Below, piece after piece: positions 24,501-35,341 of a DNA stretch of 64,000 nt. Source of the stretch: Yuukianura sp. NJ FZ-2021 (taxonomy: Eukaryota); NCBI GenBank assembly GCA_046563655.1, contig CM102289.1, positions 5,146,001-5,210,000 on the forward strand, read 5' to 3'. The first letter of the stretch is position 1. Every line of letters starts with the position of its first letter. Both the position numbers and the translations under genes were made by a program. The notes under the pieces are model-generated. The model saw only the letters and a list, made by a program, of their open reading frames with translations. It did not search any database and had not been told where the DNA came from.

Positions 24501-25834
24501 TCGATGTCTTGTTTTCGATGTAATGGCGTGCTTCGGCGAAAATTAAGAAATATATGCAGAGATTTTATAAAATAGTTTTCTCCGGCATTACCTAATCCAG
24601 CAAAACCAGGAACACCATTATCTCCCTAAAATTAAAAACGCAACATAAAAGTTAACAAATATTTTGAAAATCCTAAATATTTCAACGAGTTTCGTATGTA
24701 CCCGATATCCCTTTTCTCCGATAGCGCCGGGTGACCCGGCATCTCCCTTTTGACCGAATGGTCCCGGTGGGCCATCAAATCCTGTCCGAAATCACCAAAA
24801 AAATGGAAAACGTTAATGACTATTCGTGATTCCATTTCCAGTTACCATCGAAATACACAGAATTATAAAGTAAAACAGTGTTCCGAGGTGCTTTAAAGCA
24901 GATGCTTTTTTTGCTTTAAAAGCAAAAGCAGCAAGCAGCGATTTTCACACTTGCCTTTTTTAAACTTGCTGTTTTTGAAAGACCAATTAATTGACTTTTT
25001 TTAAGACAAATTCTTCGTTTTCTATGGTAAAACGGTCATAAACTAACTTTAGTTATATAACAAGAATAAGGTGATTTTGACGTATAATACGTCAGTTTCA
25101 CGTTAGTCGATTTTGGCCGCATTCCTTCCAGCGGCATTTACAGCAACTTTTTGCTTTTAAAGCAAAGAAAGCAAAAACAGCAAAAAAAGCTATTTACAGC
25201 AAAAAGCAAAGCATCGACTTTAAAAAAGCGTTTTTTTCGGAACACTGAGTAAAAGTACCTGTTTCTCCAGGGAAACCGTTTTGACCGAGTACCCCAGGAA
25301 TACCCCTCTCTCCACTGGCCCCCTTTTCACCCTTACAGAAGCATGGACCCGTACCACAGCCTAAACACTCCTAAAAATTGATTGACACGATTGATCCATA
25401 AACTTATTGTACAACATTTTGAGACTAACATAACACAAACATTTTAACTACCCGGTTCTAAAATTAACGTAACCAGCATCCTCACGCTCGCTCTCAAACA
25501 ACAACAGAGTGATGCTATTTCTAGAATTTGTGAGACAAAGTTTTAGTTACGAAGTGCACCTTGTGCACACCGCATGTGGAAAAACAGAGAAATGCAGTGC
25601 TTTCACTATTTTTATTTACAAAGTTTCGTGAGACAGAAGATGAACAGAAGATAACTTCAGGTTCGACGAACCGAATTCGTGTACAGCACCAAAAATGGTG
25701 TTCAAAATTTACTTTTTCTAAAAAATCAAAAATTTCAAGCTCACCGCTGCAGATGACCTGAGAAATAAAATGAGGAACAGAACCGAGAAAATCCACGTCC
25801 TCCAAACTAGTTTCCGTTTTTGGTCTAAATTCAT
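12549..25834 (-). CDS. vkg: Type IV collagen alpha chain, viking-type (alpha1-like NC1 subfamily), about 57 small exons
   Basis: Exon 1 (25834-25745) encodes the signal peptide [30 protein letters not shown]. The 7S region has [22 protein letters not shown] and [12 protein letters not shown]. Interrupted Gly-X-Y exons follow, then NC1 (RHSQ...[12 protein letters not shown]...PMMMMPIQG...[18 protein letters not shown]) and a short acidic tail. GGINS, PIQG, QQTLKA and the tail resemble Drosophila Viking (comparison from memory). Confidence 0.95.
15101..15505. mobile_element. Non-autonomous hAT-like MITE in a collagen intron
   Basis: TIRs cagggtatcttt / (rc) cagggtatcctt. Flanking 8-bp direct repeats ttcagaac and ttgagaac differ at 1 base. 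Confidence 0.8.
15661..16438. mobile_element. Non-autonomous hAT-like element in a collagen intron
   Basis: 20-bp TIRs cagacctgccaaaaatattt / (rc) cagacctgccagaaatattt. Perfect 8-bp TSD ctaattaa at 15653-15660 and 16439-16446. Confidence 0.9.
16005..16124. mobile_element. 120-bp Tc1/mariner-type MITE nested inside the hAT-like element
   Basis: 29-bp TIRs cagggtggtttcgtatatttgtttaccca / (rc) cagggtgggttcgtatatttgtttaccca, flanked by TA on both sides. Confidence 0.9.
17408..17600 (+). mobile_element. Truncated Helentron/HINE (DINE-1-like) fragment
   Basis: Starts ttaagtagc...gctactt (hairpin), then tatgtttttcgtcgagtctgtctgtctg (GTCT microsatellite) and a tandem duplication of about 41 bp. The same head occurs reversed at about 26530-26610. 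Confidence 0.6.
20647..21153. mobile_element. Non-autonomous hAT-like MITE, related to the 15101-15505 element
   Basis: Ends tagggtaaag / (rc) cagggtttaag. Perfect 8-bp TSD ttgtcaaa at 20639-20646 and 21154-21161. Shares aaacacttgtttaaaacaa with the 15.1 kb element. Confidence 0.85.
21693..22197. repeat. Foldback palindrome with arms of about 245 bp filling a collagen intron
   Basis: Left arm tactatttttagatttttcttgttagcc...cacccagtgcacccaaacacagatgggcataaatta is mirrored by taatttatgcccatctgtgtttgggtgcactgggtgac...ggctaacaagaaaaatctaaaaatagta. A short loop lies at about 21940-21950. Confidence 0.95.
23498..23721. mobile_element. Degenerate MITE-like inverted-repeat element
   Basis: aaatagtt...tctttaacaggttag at the left and ctaacctgttaaagataactattt at the right. 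No clear TSD. Confidence 0.5.
24236..24535. mobile_element. Foldback/MULE-like non-autonomous element with subterminal tandem repeats
   Basis: Inverted ends catgccattacatcgaaaa / ttttcgatgtaatggcgtg, each followed by repeats of about 15 bp containing aagacatcga. The core is rich in aggttagg. Direct repeat gcgaaaat on both flanks (24228-24235, 24536-24543). Superfamily assignment is inference. Confidence 0.8.
24876..25247. mobile_element. TIR MITE with CAGTGTTCCGA termini
   Basis: Perfect 11-bp TIRs cagtgttccga / tcggaacactg. Flanking 7-bp direct repeat agtaaaa. Internal aaaagc-rich subrepeats. Confidence 0.8.
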
Positions 25835-26284
25835 TGTATTTTCACTTTCTCTTTTAAAAATTGTTCAAAAATGTAAAATTCACACCCTCACTTAACTTTT
25901 TAGTTTCATGTTGACCATAATAAATTTGCTTGGCCAAGTCTACATGGTTGTTTGTTGTCCTCAGAATATTTTTGCAGACCGTGGTGATCCGTTGGACGAG
26001 TGAGAGTCAGGGATTTGTAGGTCTCGACCTCCGGTCACTAATCACATTTGAAGCGTCCTGGAAAGATAACTCTGCGTCTTAAGACACGACACTTGCTTAG
26101 GCTGGAATGAATGAGATCGCCAACACTCTCCAACTTCCTTTTTTGTCTCAAATTCTGAATGGATCTTCCCTAGGACCTTGTTCTAAAAAGTTCTGAAAAG
26201 AGGAGCTACAACCTCATCATCCCTTGGAACACTGCGGAGGAGGAAGGGACGTGTTCTTAGTTTTCAAGTCAAAGATGAACATGA

Positions 26285-27277
26285 AAAAATAAACTTCTTG
26301 CAAAGACGATGTAAATAAGTATCGTCAGATCAGTTATAGAAAGTTCCCGCGCAGGATATTGGTGACTAGACCTCTGATATGGTTAGAGGTCACTTGAGGT
26401 CAAAGAACATTCGGAATTTTAGTCCTCGCGTCGTCAAACATCCATCCCCGGAAACCATTTCCGCGTCGGTCCATCCGTTTCCGTATTGTAAAGAAAGCAT
26501 AACCGTGAGCGTGACCTTTGACATTATTGTGCAGACAGGCAGACGGGACAGACAGACAGACAGCCAGACTCGGAAGAAAACATAAAGTAGGTCATGCTTC
26601 CCCGACTAGGACGAGGGACGCCATTTTGCAACTTCCATCGTCTGTATCTCTGGAAACGTAGATCAAAGCTCAAGGTCATCTTTACAAAAGTTGTTCAGCA
26701 CAATGAGATACACAACTTTTGTAGAGGTCATTTTTCGATATCCGTCAATAGAGTACTTGACCTTGACCTTTGGCCCGGACCTGGACAACTTCCGGTCAAG
26801 CTGAACACTGTTTATACACCCCAGGTACATGTGAACCGCAACTGCGAAGACAGATTGAAAATCGGTCCAGTGGTTCTGGAGTTATAGACGCGAATTGCAT
26901 GAGCCACGCCATAATGCAACTTCTAAGGCCTGTATCTCCAGAGCCCCGGGTCAGAGGTCAAGGTCACCTATACAAAAGTTGTTCGTCTCGATGAGACTGA
27001 CAACTTTTATAAGGGTGACTTTCCCGATTTCCGTCAAAAATGTATTTGACCTTGACCTTTGACCCGAACCTGGACAACTTCCGGTCAAGCTGGACACCGA
27101 TTAATCATCCCTGGACAATGTCAAGTTCATCTGTAAAAACAGATTGAAAATCGGTCCAGCGGTTCCAGAGATATTGTAGCTAGTATACAGACGGACGGAC
27201 AGACAGACGGACAGACGGACAGACAGACGGACAGACGGACATTACGATCCCTATAAGTATCTGACGATACTTAATAA
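26285..27277 (-). mobile_element. Composite Helentron/HINE (DINE-1-like) element with an internal tandem duplication of about 290 bp
   Basis: Subterminal IR aagtatcgtcagat (26317-26330) versus atctgacgatactt (27259-27272), with hairpin aagtatc-tgac-gatactt. (GACG/GACA)n microsatellite at about 27187-27240. Diverged repeat units at about 26620-26887 and 26908-27176. A second microsatellite head lies at about 26530-26610. Confidence 0.75.
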
Positions 27278-27725
27278 ACGAAAACCGGATGAGCAGAATT
27301 TTCAGATAGCAAAATCCTTCTTTGGGTGTCCAACAATTTTACTGGGTGGACAAATTTTTAAGTCATGATAGCAAAAAGTTTGGTCAAAATGATTTGCGAA
27401 TTTGAAATTCTACCAAAATTTAACGGAAGTATAACAAGTGCTTGGTTCATCTTTTAAAAAATGGCGGGAGCATTCAAAGTCATCTGGACACCAGATGCCA
27501 TAGGTTGCATTCAAAACAAACTGAGAATTGGATCTTTTGGATTTGAGGGGCCCAAAACACAGGGGCCCTTAGACAGAAAGTTTAAAAAAAGTTGGTGAAA
27601 GTTGAGTTGCAAAACTGAAAATTGTGTCAACTGAACATCAAGATCCTACTAGACCGTATAGAATATAAAATATACAAACTATCCAGGATAACAAGAAGTT
27701 GAAATTAAAAGTTACAAAAAGTTAG

Positions 27726-27798
27726 CGCCCAACGCCGGGATCGAACCGGCAACCTCAAGATTAAGAGTCTTGCGCTCTACCGATTGAGCTAGCCGGGC
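27726..27798 (-). tRNA. tRNA-Lys (anticodon CTT)
   Basis: GCCCGGCTAGCTCAATCGGTAGAGCGCAAGACTCTTAATCTTGAGGTTGCCGGTTCGATCCCGGCGTTGGGCG folds into a complete cloverleaf with intact A and B boxes. A T5 Pol III terminator lies 5 nt downstream. Confidence 0.97.
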
Positions 27799-28598
27799 TC
27801 TCTACGAATGACTTGATTTAAAAGTGGTTTCAAGGGTACTGGACACCGTCCACTACGAAACTATTGAAGAAAGTAAAAACATTTCTTTTAATTTCGCACT
27901 AATCGAATTTCTTAATTGCAGTTGCAGCAATTTTCTGAATGTAAACACTCCACTTATCTAAATCGTTTGCAAATTTTTGGCGCCTGCTAGGCGAATCTAA
28001 ATGTAATCTTAATGATCGGATTCATTTTAATATAGAATGTAGATAAGGGAATGATTAATGATTAAAGGTGGCGTCATTTTCTGTTATCCAAAATTTCCTC
28101 TTCCCATTTCCAATTTAAGAGGAATCTAATATAAAATAATAATTTTTAGTAAATCTTTATATCTATAACGATTATTATAATATTGCAGGTAAGGTTATGT
28201 ACCCTCCGGGCATCAACGATTCCAATTACAAGACTCATGCGTAACAGCGTCCACTGACCTGGCGTTTACCGATTGTCCTCCGAAACACGACGAAAAATTT
28301 TACTAATTGACGATAGGTTAATTTCCATACTAAAAATACCACTTGATCTAGAAGCGTAAATCGTGAAAAATTCAAAAGCAATTAGGGATTTGTAACAACT
28401 TTTGAAAACAAAATATTTCAGACTGTAAAAATTTTAATGGAAGGATTTTTGGATAATTTAACAAAGAATAGAAACAATTATAATTGTAATTTCTAACATT
28501 TTAAAGAATGAAGTTTGATTTTGAATTTGAAGGAAAACTATTGACCTAACTTGAGAAGGTAATAATTAAATTCATGAAAAGAAAATTGTGTAGAAAAC

Positions 28599-30067
28599 TC
28601 AGTCGAGGTCGGCAATAGAATAGTCGGTCTCCGCCATCCTGTCCTCCCCTAAGCGTCTAGGCTGGAGGAGACGCTGGAAGTCCATGTTCGTGGAACAGCC
28701 CAAAGTGTCGTCAGCGATATACCCTTCAAGTCCAGCGTCAACTTCTGGTGCCCCCTTGATGTAATCGAATGTCAACCTGCCATTGGCCGTATCGATGCCA
28801 ACGACCCGGACTTCTTTGTATTCTGCTGACATACAAGGACCGTCGGCACCAAGCTCCCAGACCTGTAAAGAAACAATTAGCATTTCAATTAAAGTTAAAA
28901 CTGAACTTTGGGCATAACGACATCTCATAACATTGAATAAAAACTGGAAGTGTTACCTTGAATGCCATCAAATCGTTGAGTTTGATGTCATCAATCCGAT
29001 CGATCATTGGAAGGTTGTCGTAATCAATTGGCGCTGCCTGAACGCTGGTTGTCTCCGGAGTGGCCTGGTTTTGCAAAATCTCAGAAACGAAGCGAAATTT
29101 TCCTTCCCGGTAGAAGTCAGACCGATTCTTGAGTCGTCTAGTAGCAGATCGTAGGACACGGCGGATAGGCGAAGTGGAGCCACTCATTTCCGGAGTTTTG
29201 GGTCCAATAGGCGTTTCTTCCCCAGGAGTCTCTCCATCCCCTGCCTCGTTTTCCTTGTTTTGGCCTTCAGTGTCAGTCGGTTGGCCTCCAGGAGTCAAAC
29301 ACAGCCGCTTGACAACAGAGCGTCGGAGTCTTTCCCGACGTTTGGCAGAACGAGTAGGTTGTCCAGAGTTCTCGGGAATATCCGGCGTCTCGTTAGCACT
29401 CCGATTCTGGAAATCAACTTTCTTTGGGGCTCCCTGGACCGACTCCGGAAAACTTTGTGTCCCCATGTTGTTATGATCATGATCGTCCGGTACGTCCATT
29501 TCCTCGACTTGTTCGGATTCTTCTGCCGGACGTTTTGGTGTCTGGACTCTTTTCGTGATTTTTGGCTTCAAAAACGAAGAGGAAGCAGACTCTGTTCCGA
29601 CCCAGGAGCCAATATCATCCAAATTCGGTCTGGAACTGCTTCTGAACGGCTTTGAGACAATGGACGAGGAGCAAGTGCTGCATGAAGTTGTCATCGCACA
29701 TATTGCGTGAATGTTGAGTGTACATCTGAAAATAAGAAACAATTCACTAAAGACTAAATTCCCAGTTAAAACAGTTAATTAAAAACTTTAACAGCAAAAC
29801 TTACTCAAACACTTTGTCCTTGTTGCTGTAGAACTGGATGACCTGAATGGAGTCCCTGTCACTCAAGGCAAAAACGGAGTCAACGCATAGATCGAGGAAG
29901 GTCAACGCGTTTGCACAGAATTCTGAAGCAAGATAGAGCTTCACATCTTCAACAGTTGTACAGTTGTTTGGAATTAGTACAGCGAAATTCTTCTTGCAAA
30001 AGTACTCCGCCTTCAATTGGACGTCGGGGTGAAACTGGATCTTCATCGCGATTCCGAAGTTGGCCAT
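28599..30067 (-). CDS. coil: Coilin-like protein (Cajal body marker), 3 exons
   Basis: Exons 30067-29805, 29725-28957 and 28862-28599. N-terminal coilin-type domain (AVLIPNNCTTVEDVKLYL...LCVDSVFALSDRDSI), a disordered basic middle, and a C-terminal Tudor-like DYDNLP...MAFKVWEL...SAEYKEVRVV resembling coilin DYSLLP...IAFKLLEL...SDYKEGRIL. Confidence 0.75.
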
Positions 30068-32025
30068 CTTCTGCTGGAAGGTAGGTAGCAAAATTCAGCT
30101 TACGGAGAAGGCAAACTGCTACAAATCTGCAACAGAAAACGACAACTGGTTCAGCAGAGTCCAGCAACCGACTAAACTTTTCTGACTGAATATTTTAGCC
30201 CTTTTATACTTTTCGATTCCTTTGGTTCAAAAATATAACAATGAACGTGTTTCATATCAGTTACTGGTTTTAATCCAAATCCAAACCAAAGTAAAAACTA
30301 ATCAGTTGGAACGCAGCCTAAAATGTGATATAAACGAGGCATCGGAAATTAAGCTGCACAAGTATTTTAACCCATTCAAAAACAATGCGTTCATTTTTCA
30401 TTTACGCTCAAGATGACTTTCAATATTAGCAGGACTTTATCTACTATTCTTTGAGCAAAAACGTTTTCAAATACTCAGTAAGTCAAACTCACCTTAATAG
30501 TTCCAGCGCTTCGTTCTACTAGGCCGGCCGTCGTCGTCAATGCAATGAATTACCCGAATACCGAACTCAGATCAGGATCCGGCTATGACAGGAATTCCAT
30601 CCGTTTCTTCCATTTACACCAACGTTAATGTGAGTTAATGACCTGAATCAATTAATTTATTTCCTATAAAATTAATCAACTCTACATTTTCAACTTACTA
30701 AAACAAACACATGCTGAATTGTGACAACAATCACTTTCACTATCAGCTGGCGCTGGCACTGGCATGCACCGGCATAAACACGAAAAAGATAGTCGAAACG
30801 TCGGAGTCGCCGAAATATCCGACATATGAGGTTTGGTTAGGCGTCTCATCCTCTCATCTCATGCGAAAGTTTTAAAAAATTGAAAACGTCCAGTCCCACG
30901 CCCACCACGCATGATTGTAAAAAAGACATTCTTTATATAACATCTCGCTACTGGAAGCATAACTACTGGAAGAAAGTAACTGTAAATAATTCCATGTGTA
31001 CTATAATCAAATAAGAAACACTAACACTTGCAAAACTAGTCGTTTTCCAATTTCAAACTGCAAAGAGTTTTCGTTTTCTTGAGTTTTTACGTTTCCTCAT
31101 TGTTGTTTGGAGTTTAAAAACACACAGCAAGGGCAAGGGGTATAAAAATCAGATCAAAAGTTTAACAAAACAACATCGACTTTAGTAGGAAAGTGATAAC
31201 TCAAGGATCAACGTACCTCAAAAGATTAAATGATCTAAAAAAATTCAATCATTTTTTAATCCCAGTGTTTTACAAATTGAGGACTTGAATTGAATTTTTT
31301 ATTGAAATCCAACATTTCATTTTAAACATGTTTGTTCTGGAACAGAAAACAAAAACAAGGCGCTTAGTTTAGAGATAATGATGTTAATTTTTTTCTTAAA
31401 CAAAATCCAACCTATGATCGAAAAAACTAATTTTTCATTTTCCTTTCTTACAAGTACATCGTATAACCTTTGAAATATTGGAACAAATATTTTCCAAGGT
31501 CGCTTGTTGGCACAGAAGATGCTTTTCATTTCAAGGTCTTTGTTTTCTTCGCTGCTTCAGCATATTCTGTACCAAACCAACCATGCGCATGGCTCAATTT
31601 TTCATTCGAACTCATCTTCAACAATTCATGGGATTCTTCAACAGTACCATGAACTTTTACAAGGACTTTGCAGGTAATTAACTAAAAAGTACCGTAAAAG
31701 TTCAAATAGCCTAGGATTTCTAAATAACTGCCTCATATAAAATATAAAAAACTGACACATGTAAAATATCGTGTTCATGCGTAGCTTTGGGGCAGTACTC
31801 TTTTCTGAAAGCTCGGACCGCGGGCTGTTTATATCAATTTTGGATTTTTATTTCTACAAAAGAAAAGTACAATTGAAATTAGCAAATTTTTCGTTTACTA
31901 GGCCTATGAGAGATCTTGTAGAATCACGCTACCGTTTGTACGATCACCAAAAGACGCTTACAGGATTTGAATCACACAAATTGAATGCACTTAAGCAGAG
32001 AGAAGTACGTTGGTGGAACAAAATT

Positions 32026-35000
32026 TCAAGTTTTTTTGACGAAAATGTCAACGCTCACAAGTGCCTTTTCGTCTAAACAAGTTTGAATCCAGTTTTCATG
32101 GACAATTGGCAGCGAAGAGTTGACCGTAGAAGGAATGTCATGTCCATCCAAAATCACTAAATGTGTTGCTTCTGGAGATGTCCAGTCTTCCAGAACTTTG
32201 CCTCCGTAAAATTCCACGGCGGATTTGTATGCTTGATGAACAGTTGGGATGAACCCAATTTTGCAATTTTCAAAAATTGACCATCGCGAGAAACCTCTGT
32301 CCTCTCGTCGAAGTTGACGTTGAACGTACTTCTTTAATTTGGCAAAATCGTCTCTACCAGCCGCCTTTTTTGAGTCTCCTTGAATCACTTTTTCCAACAA
32401 TTGTTTCGTTTCCGGAACAGTAAGCTTGTGGGTATAACTGTCTCCGTAAATGTCAAAATCTTTTACAAATGATGCCTTTGTTTCTTCAGTTGCAAACAGG
32501 AGATCCAATGGGACAAAATTTTGGATTTCGTTTGAACTGATGCATCTGTCAACCCATTTCGCTCCATCCAGAACCTCCCATTTGCCAAGATTCATTTTTC
32601 GTTTGACGGGTTCAGTTAGTTTTTCAGCAACAATTGCACAAGTATCAGCAGTTGGATTCTTCACGACTTCAGCTCCATGATTTTTCAGTTTTTCTTCCAT
32701 CTGCGTTTTCCAAGTAGAAGTTCCGATAACGTTGAAAACTTTTCCCAGGAACAAATTCGATGATTCCACCTTGACAGCATTTAGACGATTACTTTCAGCC
32801 ATAACTTTTGATTCAATTTCCTTAATTTTGCTAGGAGAGATGTAGATGGCTCTAGTCTTCTTAGTAGCTGCAGTTGATGATGCATTTGGTTTTCGATGAT
32901 AGAATCCACGGCTACTTCCAGCAACTTCATCATCGGAAGATCCATGTTCAAACTTGATGGGTGGACCCCAATCAGTTTTGGGGTATTTGGAATATGAGTG
33001 ACCTGGAGCATTCCCACCTCTTTTTCCCGTGACCATTTTTCCTTGTTTGCAAGATTCACGCAACTTGTGGAACTCTGAAACTGTCATGGCCTCGTACCAT
33101 GACTTGTCTCTTCGTACTCTTGAAATTACTGGAAAGCGGAGGGCGTAGTTGATATGGTAGTCTTTGCTGGGATTAATTTCTGATGCGTTAACTTCTAAAA
33201 CGACGGACTCGTTGGGGTAAATGAGAACGTCTGGACGCTTTCCTTTGTATTTAATGGCTGGAATGTCTCGTGTTACGAAATGAGGTTCCAGAGATTCTAC
33301 TAGAGCTGCCAACTCGTGATGCTTGAGTCTTCCACAACCAACTTTAGCAATTGGGTAGACATCCTAATTTTAAAAAAATCGTTACAGACATCAGAATCGG
33401 TGTTTTATGAAAAAATTGTGAAGTGTACTACCTCTCCGTCCAGAACGCCTACGACAAGGCTAGTGATTGTTCCGCCTCTTCTGGAAGTGTCAGCATAATA
33501 TCCACCAACAATCAGCAAATCCATGTCATCCACGCGGTAGCCTTCGACATACTGCAAAGAAAAAACAAGGTCAATATATTTTTTTTTCTAAAATTTTGAA
33601 GTAGAATTACTTCGGGTTTCAGCTTGAGCCAATTAGATTTTCTCTGCCCAGGCTCGTATTGTGAATGTTGATGCTTGATCACCACGCCTTCTTCACAATT
33701 TTCAATAGCTTTGTCTAGCAACTGTATAACTCCTTCTAGGTTGTCACACTTCTGCTGATCGCTGATATAGTAAACTGATTCCTTCGGCTGAAGTACTTCC
33801 TGTAGAAGTTCCAGTCGCCTAGCCAATGGTTCATGACAGAGTGAGTCTCCGTTTAAGTAAACCAGATCCCAGGCGACATAAGCAGGACAATGTACCGTAT
33901 CACTCTCAAGTAGCGTCTTGACATCCATACTCTTTCCTTTGGCAGTGAAGCTTTTGTTCCTAAAGTTATACGCCATCATTTCCCCGTCAATTACAAACGA
34001 ATCAACTGAAGAATACGAAACGAGCTGCTTCTGGAGTCTTGGTGTCAGCGTTTCATTAAATTCTTTGTACTCGAATCCTCCTCGTGAAAAATACTTGAAG
34101 ATATGTGCTTCCCCACGACCACCACGTTGAAAATGGATCTGAAACCTCTCTCCGTCGAACTTTGTTTCAACTAAAAATGGTGGTGGAGGCAGAGTGATTG
34201 GATTCCTCTTGGATTTGCTGATGATTACTTTGTCAGCGTTCTCATTGCCCCGGCCGCTTCGAAGGTCCAGTCTGGTGCAAAGCATGGGCTTGAAATAGGA
34301 GAAGAGAAACACTTTTCCGGTTGGAACGTCAGCATTATCAGGGTCGTTGCAGACTTGACAAACCTGGAAAAATTATAAATAAGGTAGAATAACAACAGAC
34401 GCAATTAGTGTAACACTTAAGACTTCAGAAACTGTATGTTTGTGGGTACCTTATGGAGGCTCATCGTATCCAAAAGTTCCTTGGCTTTCGGGTGAAGCAA
34501 TCCGAGGATTGAGGACTCGTTTATACCCAAGTCCATTCTCTTCAAAATAATTTTTGCTAACCACTTTCCCTCCAACGCTCCCAAACGTTGGACTAAACCT
34601 TGCAGAATGGTGACTTGCATTTCTTGGGTTACTTTTGCTTCTTCGTCACCTTTGTTCTTTGCCAATTGATCCAAAACTGCGTGAAGTTCTGGAACCAAAA
34701 ACACAAACTTTGAATGTGCCAGAACCATTTTTAACGTAGCCAAAATTAGTACCCTTGCGAATAATGCCTTACCGCTTATTTTCGGACTTCTTTCGGGATC
34801 ACTATGCGAACTTCTCGTACCGAGTACTCTGAAGATTACCAAAGCTATGTCTCCTGCGGCAACCTCCCCGACGATTGCTGGGTTTTTGTAGTTGAGCAGT
34901 TGCTTTCCATCGCTATCCGTCGGACTAATCTTGTGAATTTTCGCAAACACACGTCCCATCACAACATCTTTGATTCCAAACGAAGATCGTTCGCGATCCC

Positions 35001-35341
35001 AAGTTGGACACAGCAATCGAACAATGGAGAAGATACTGTCACCCTAGAAAGATCATTACAAAAATTACTTGGTAAATTTTCACTTTACCATCTCTTTGCA
35101 ATTCATCGACATGTCAATCTTGAGCACTCAAGCATCTTACATGAGCAGCTTCAGAATCAAGGTGTCCATGTAATTCTCTGAATTTCCGACGATAGTGGTC
35201 AAAATATCTTTTGATCCTGCTGTTCTTTTCATCCCTATCTTTCGTAGTGGACACTTTCTCCAACATATTGACAAAATCGTAGAATGGAATCATTTGTGAC
35301 ACAGTTTCTTCTGCTGCATCTTCTCCGTCAACCTCCATCAT
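32026..35341 (-). CDS. LIG4: DNA ligase IV (NHEJ)
   Basis: DNA-binding domain (PFYDFVNMLEKV, DRERSSFGIK), adenylation motif ETKFDGERFQIH, IDGEMM, EEGVVIK, WLKLKPEY, OB-fold LRFPVISRVRRDK, and tandem BRCT domains with the XRCC4-binding linker DIYGDSY. Multi-exon. Confidence 0.96.

Noticed and set aside
24241..24530. Regularly spaced short repeats resembling a CRISPR array
   Set aside because: Units are about 15 bp with no unique spacers, mirrored as inverted arms with a TSD, in a eukaryotic intron. This is transposon structure.
25451..25520. Alternative collagen first exon near 25480
   Set aside because: Its phase is incompatible with exon 2. Exon 25834-25745 gives a proper signal peptide and a phase-0 junction.
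34689..34772. LIG4 ORF reading through an apparent hydrophobic insertion
   Set aside because: It is an 84-nt stop-free GT-AG intron. Splicing restores the expected KISELHAVLDQLA.
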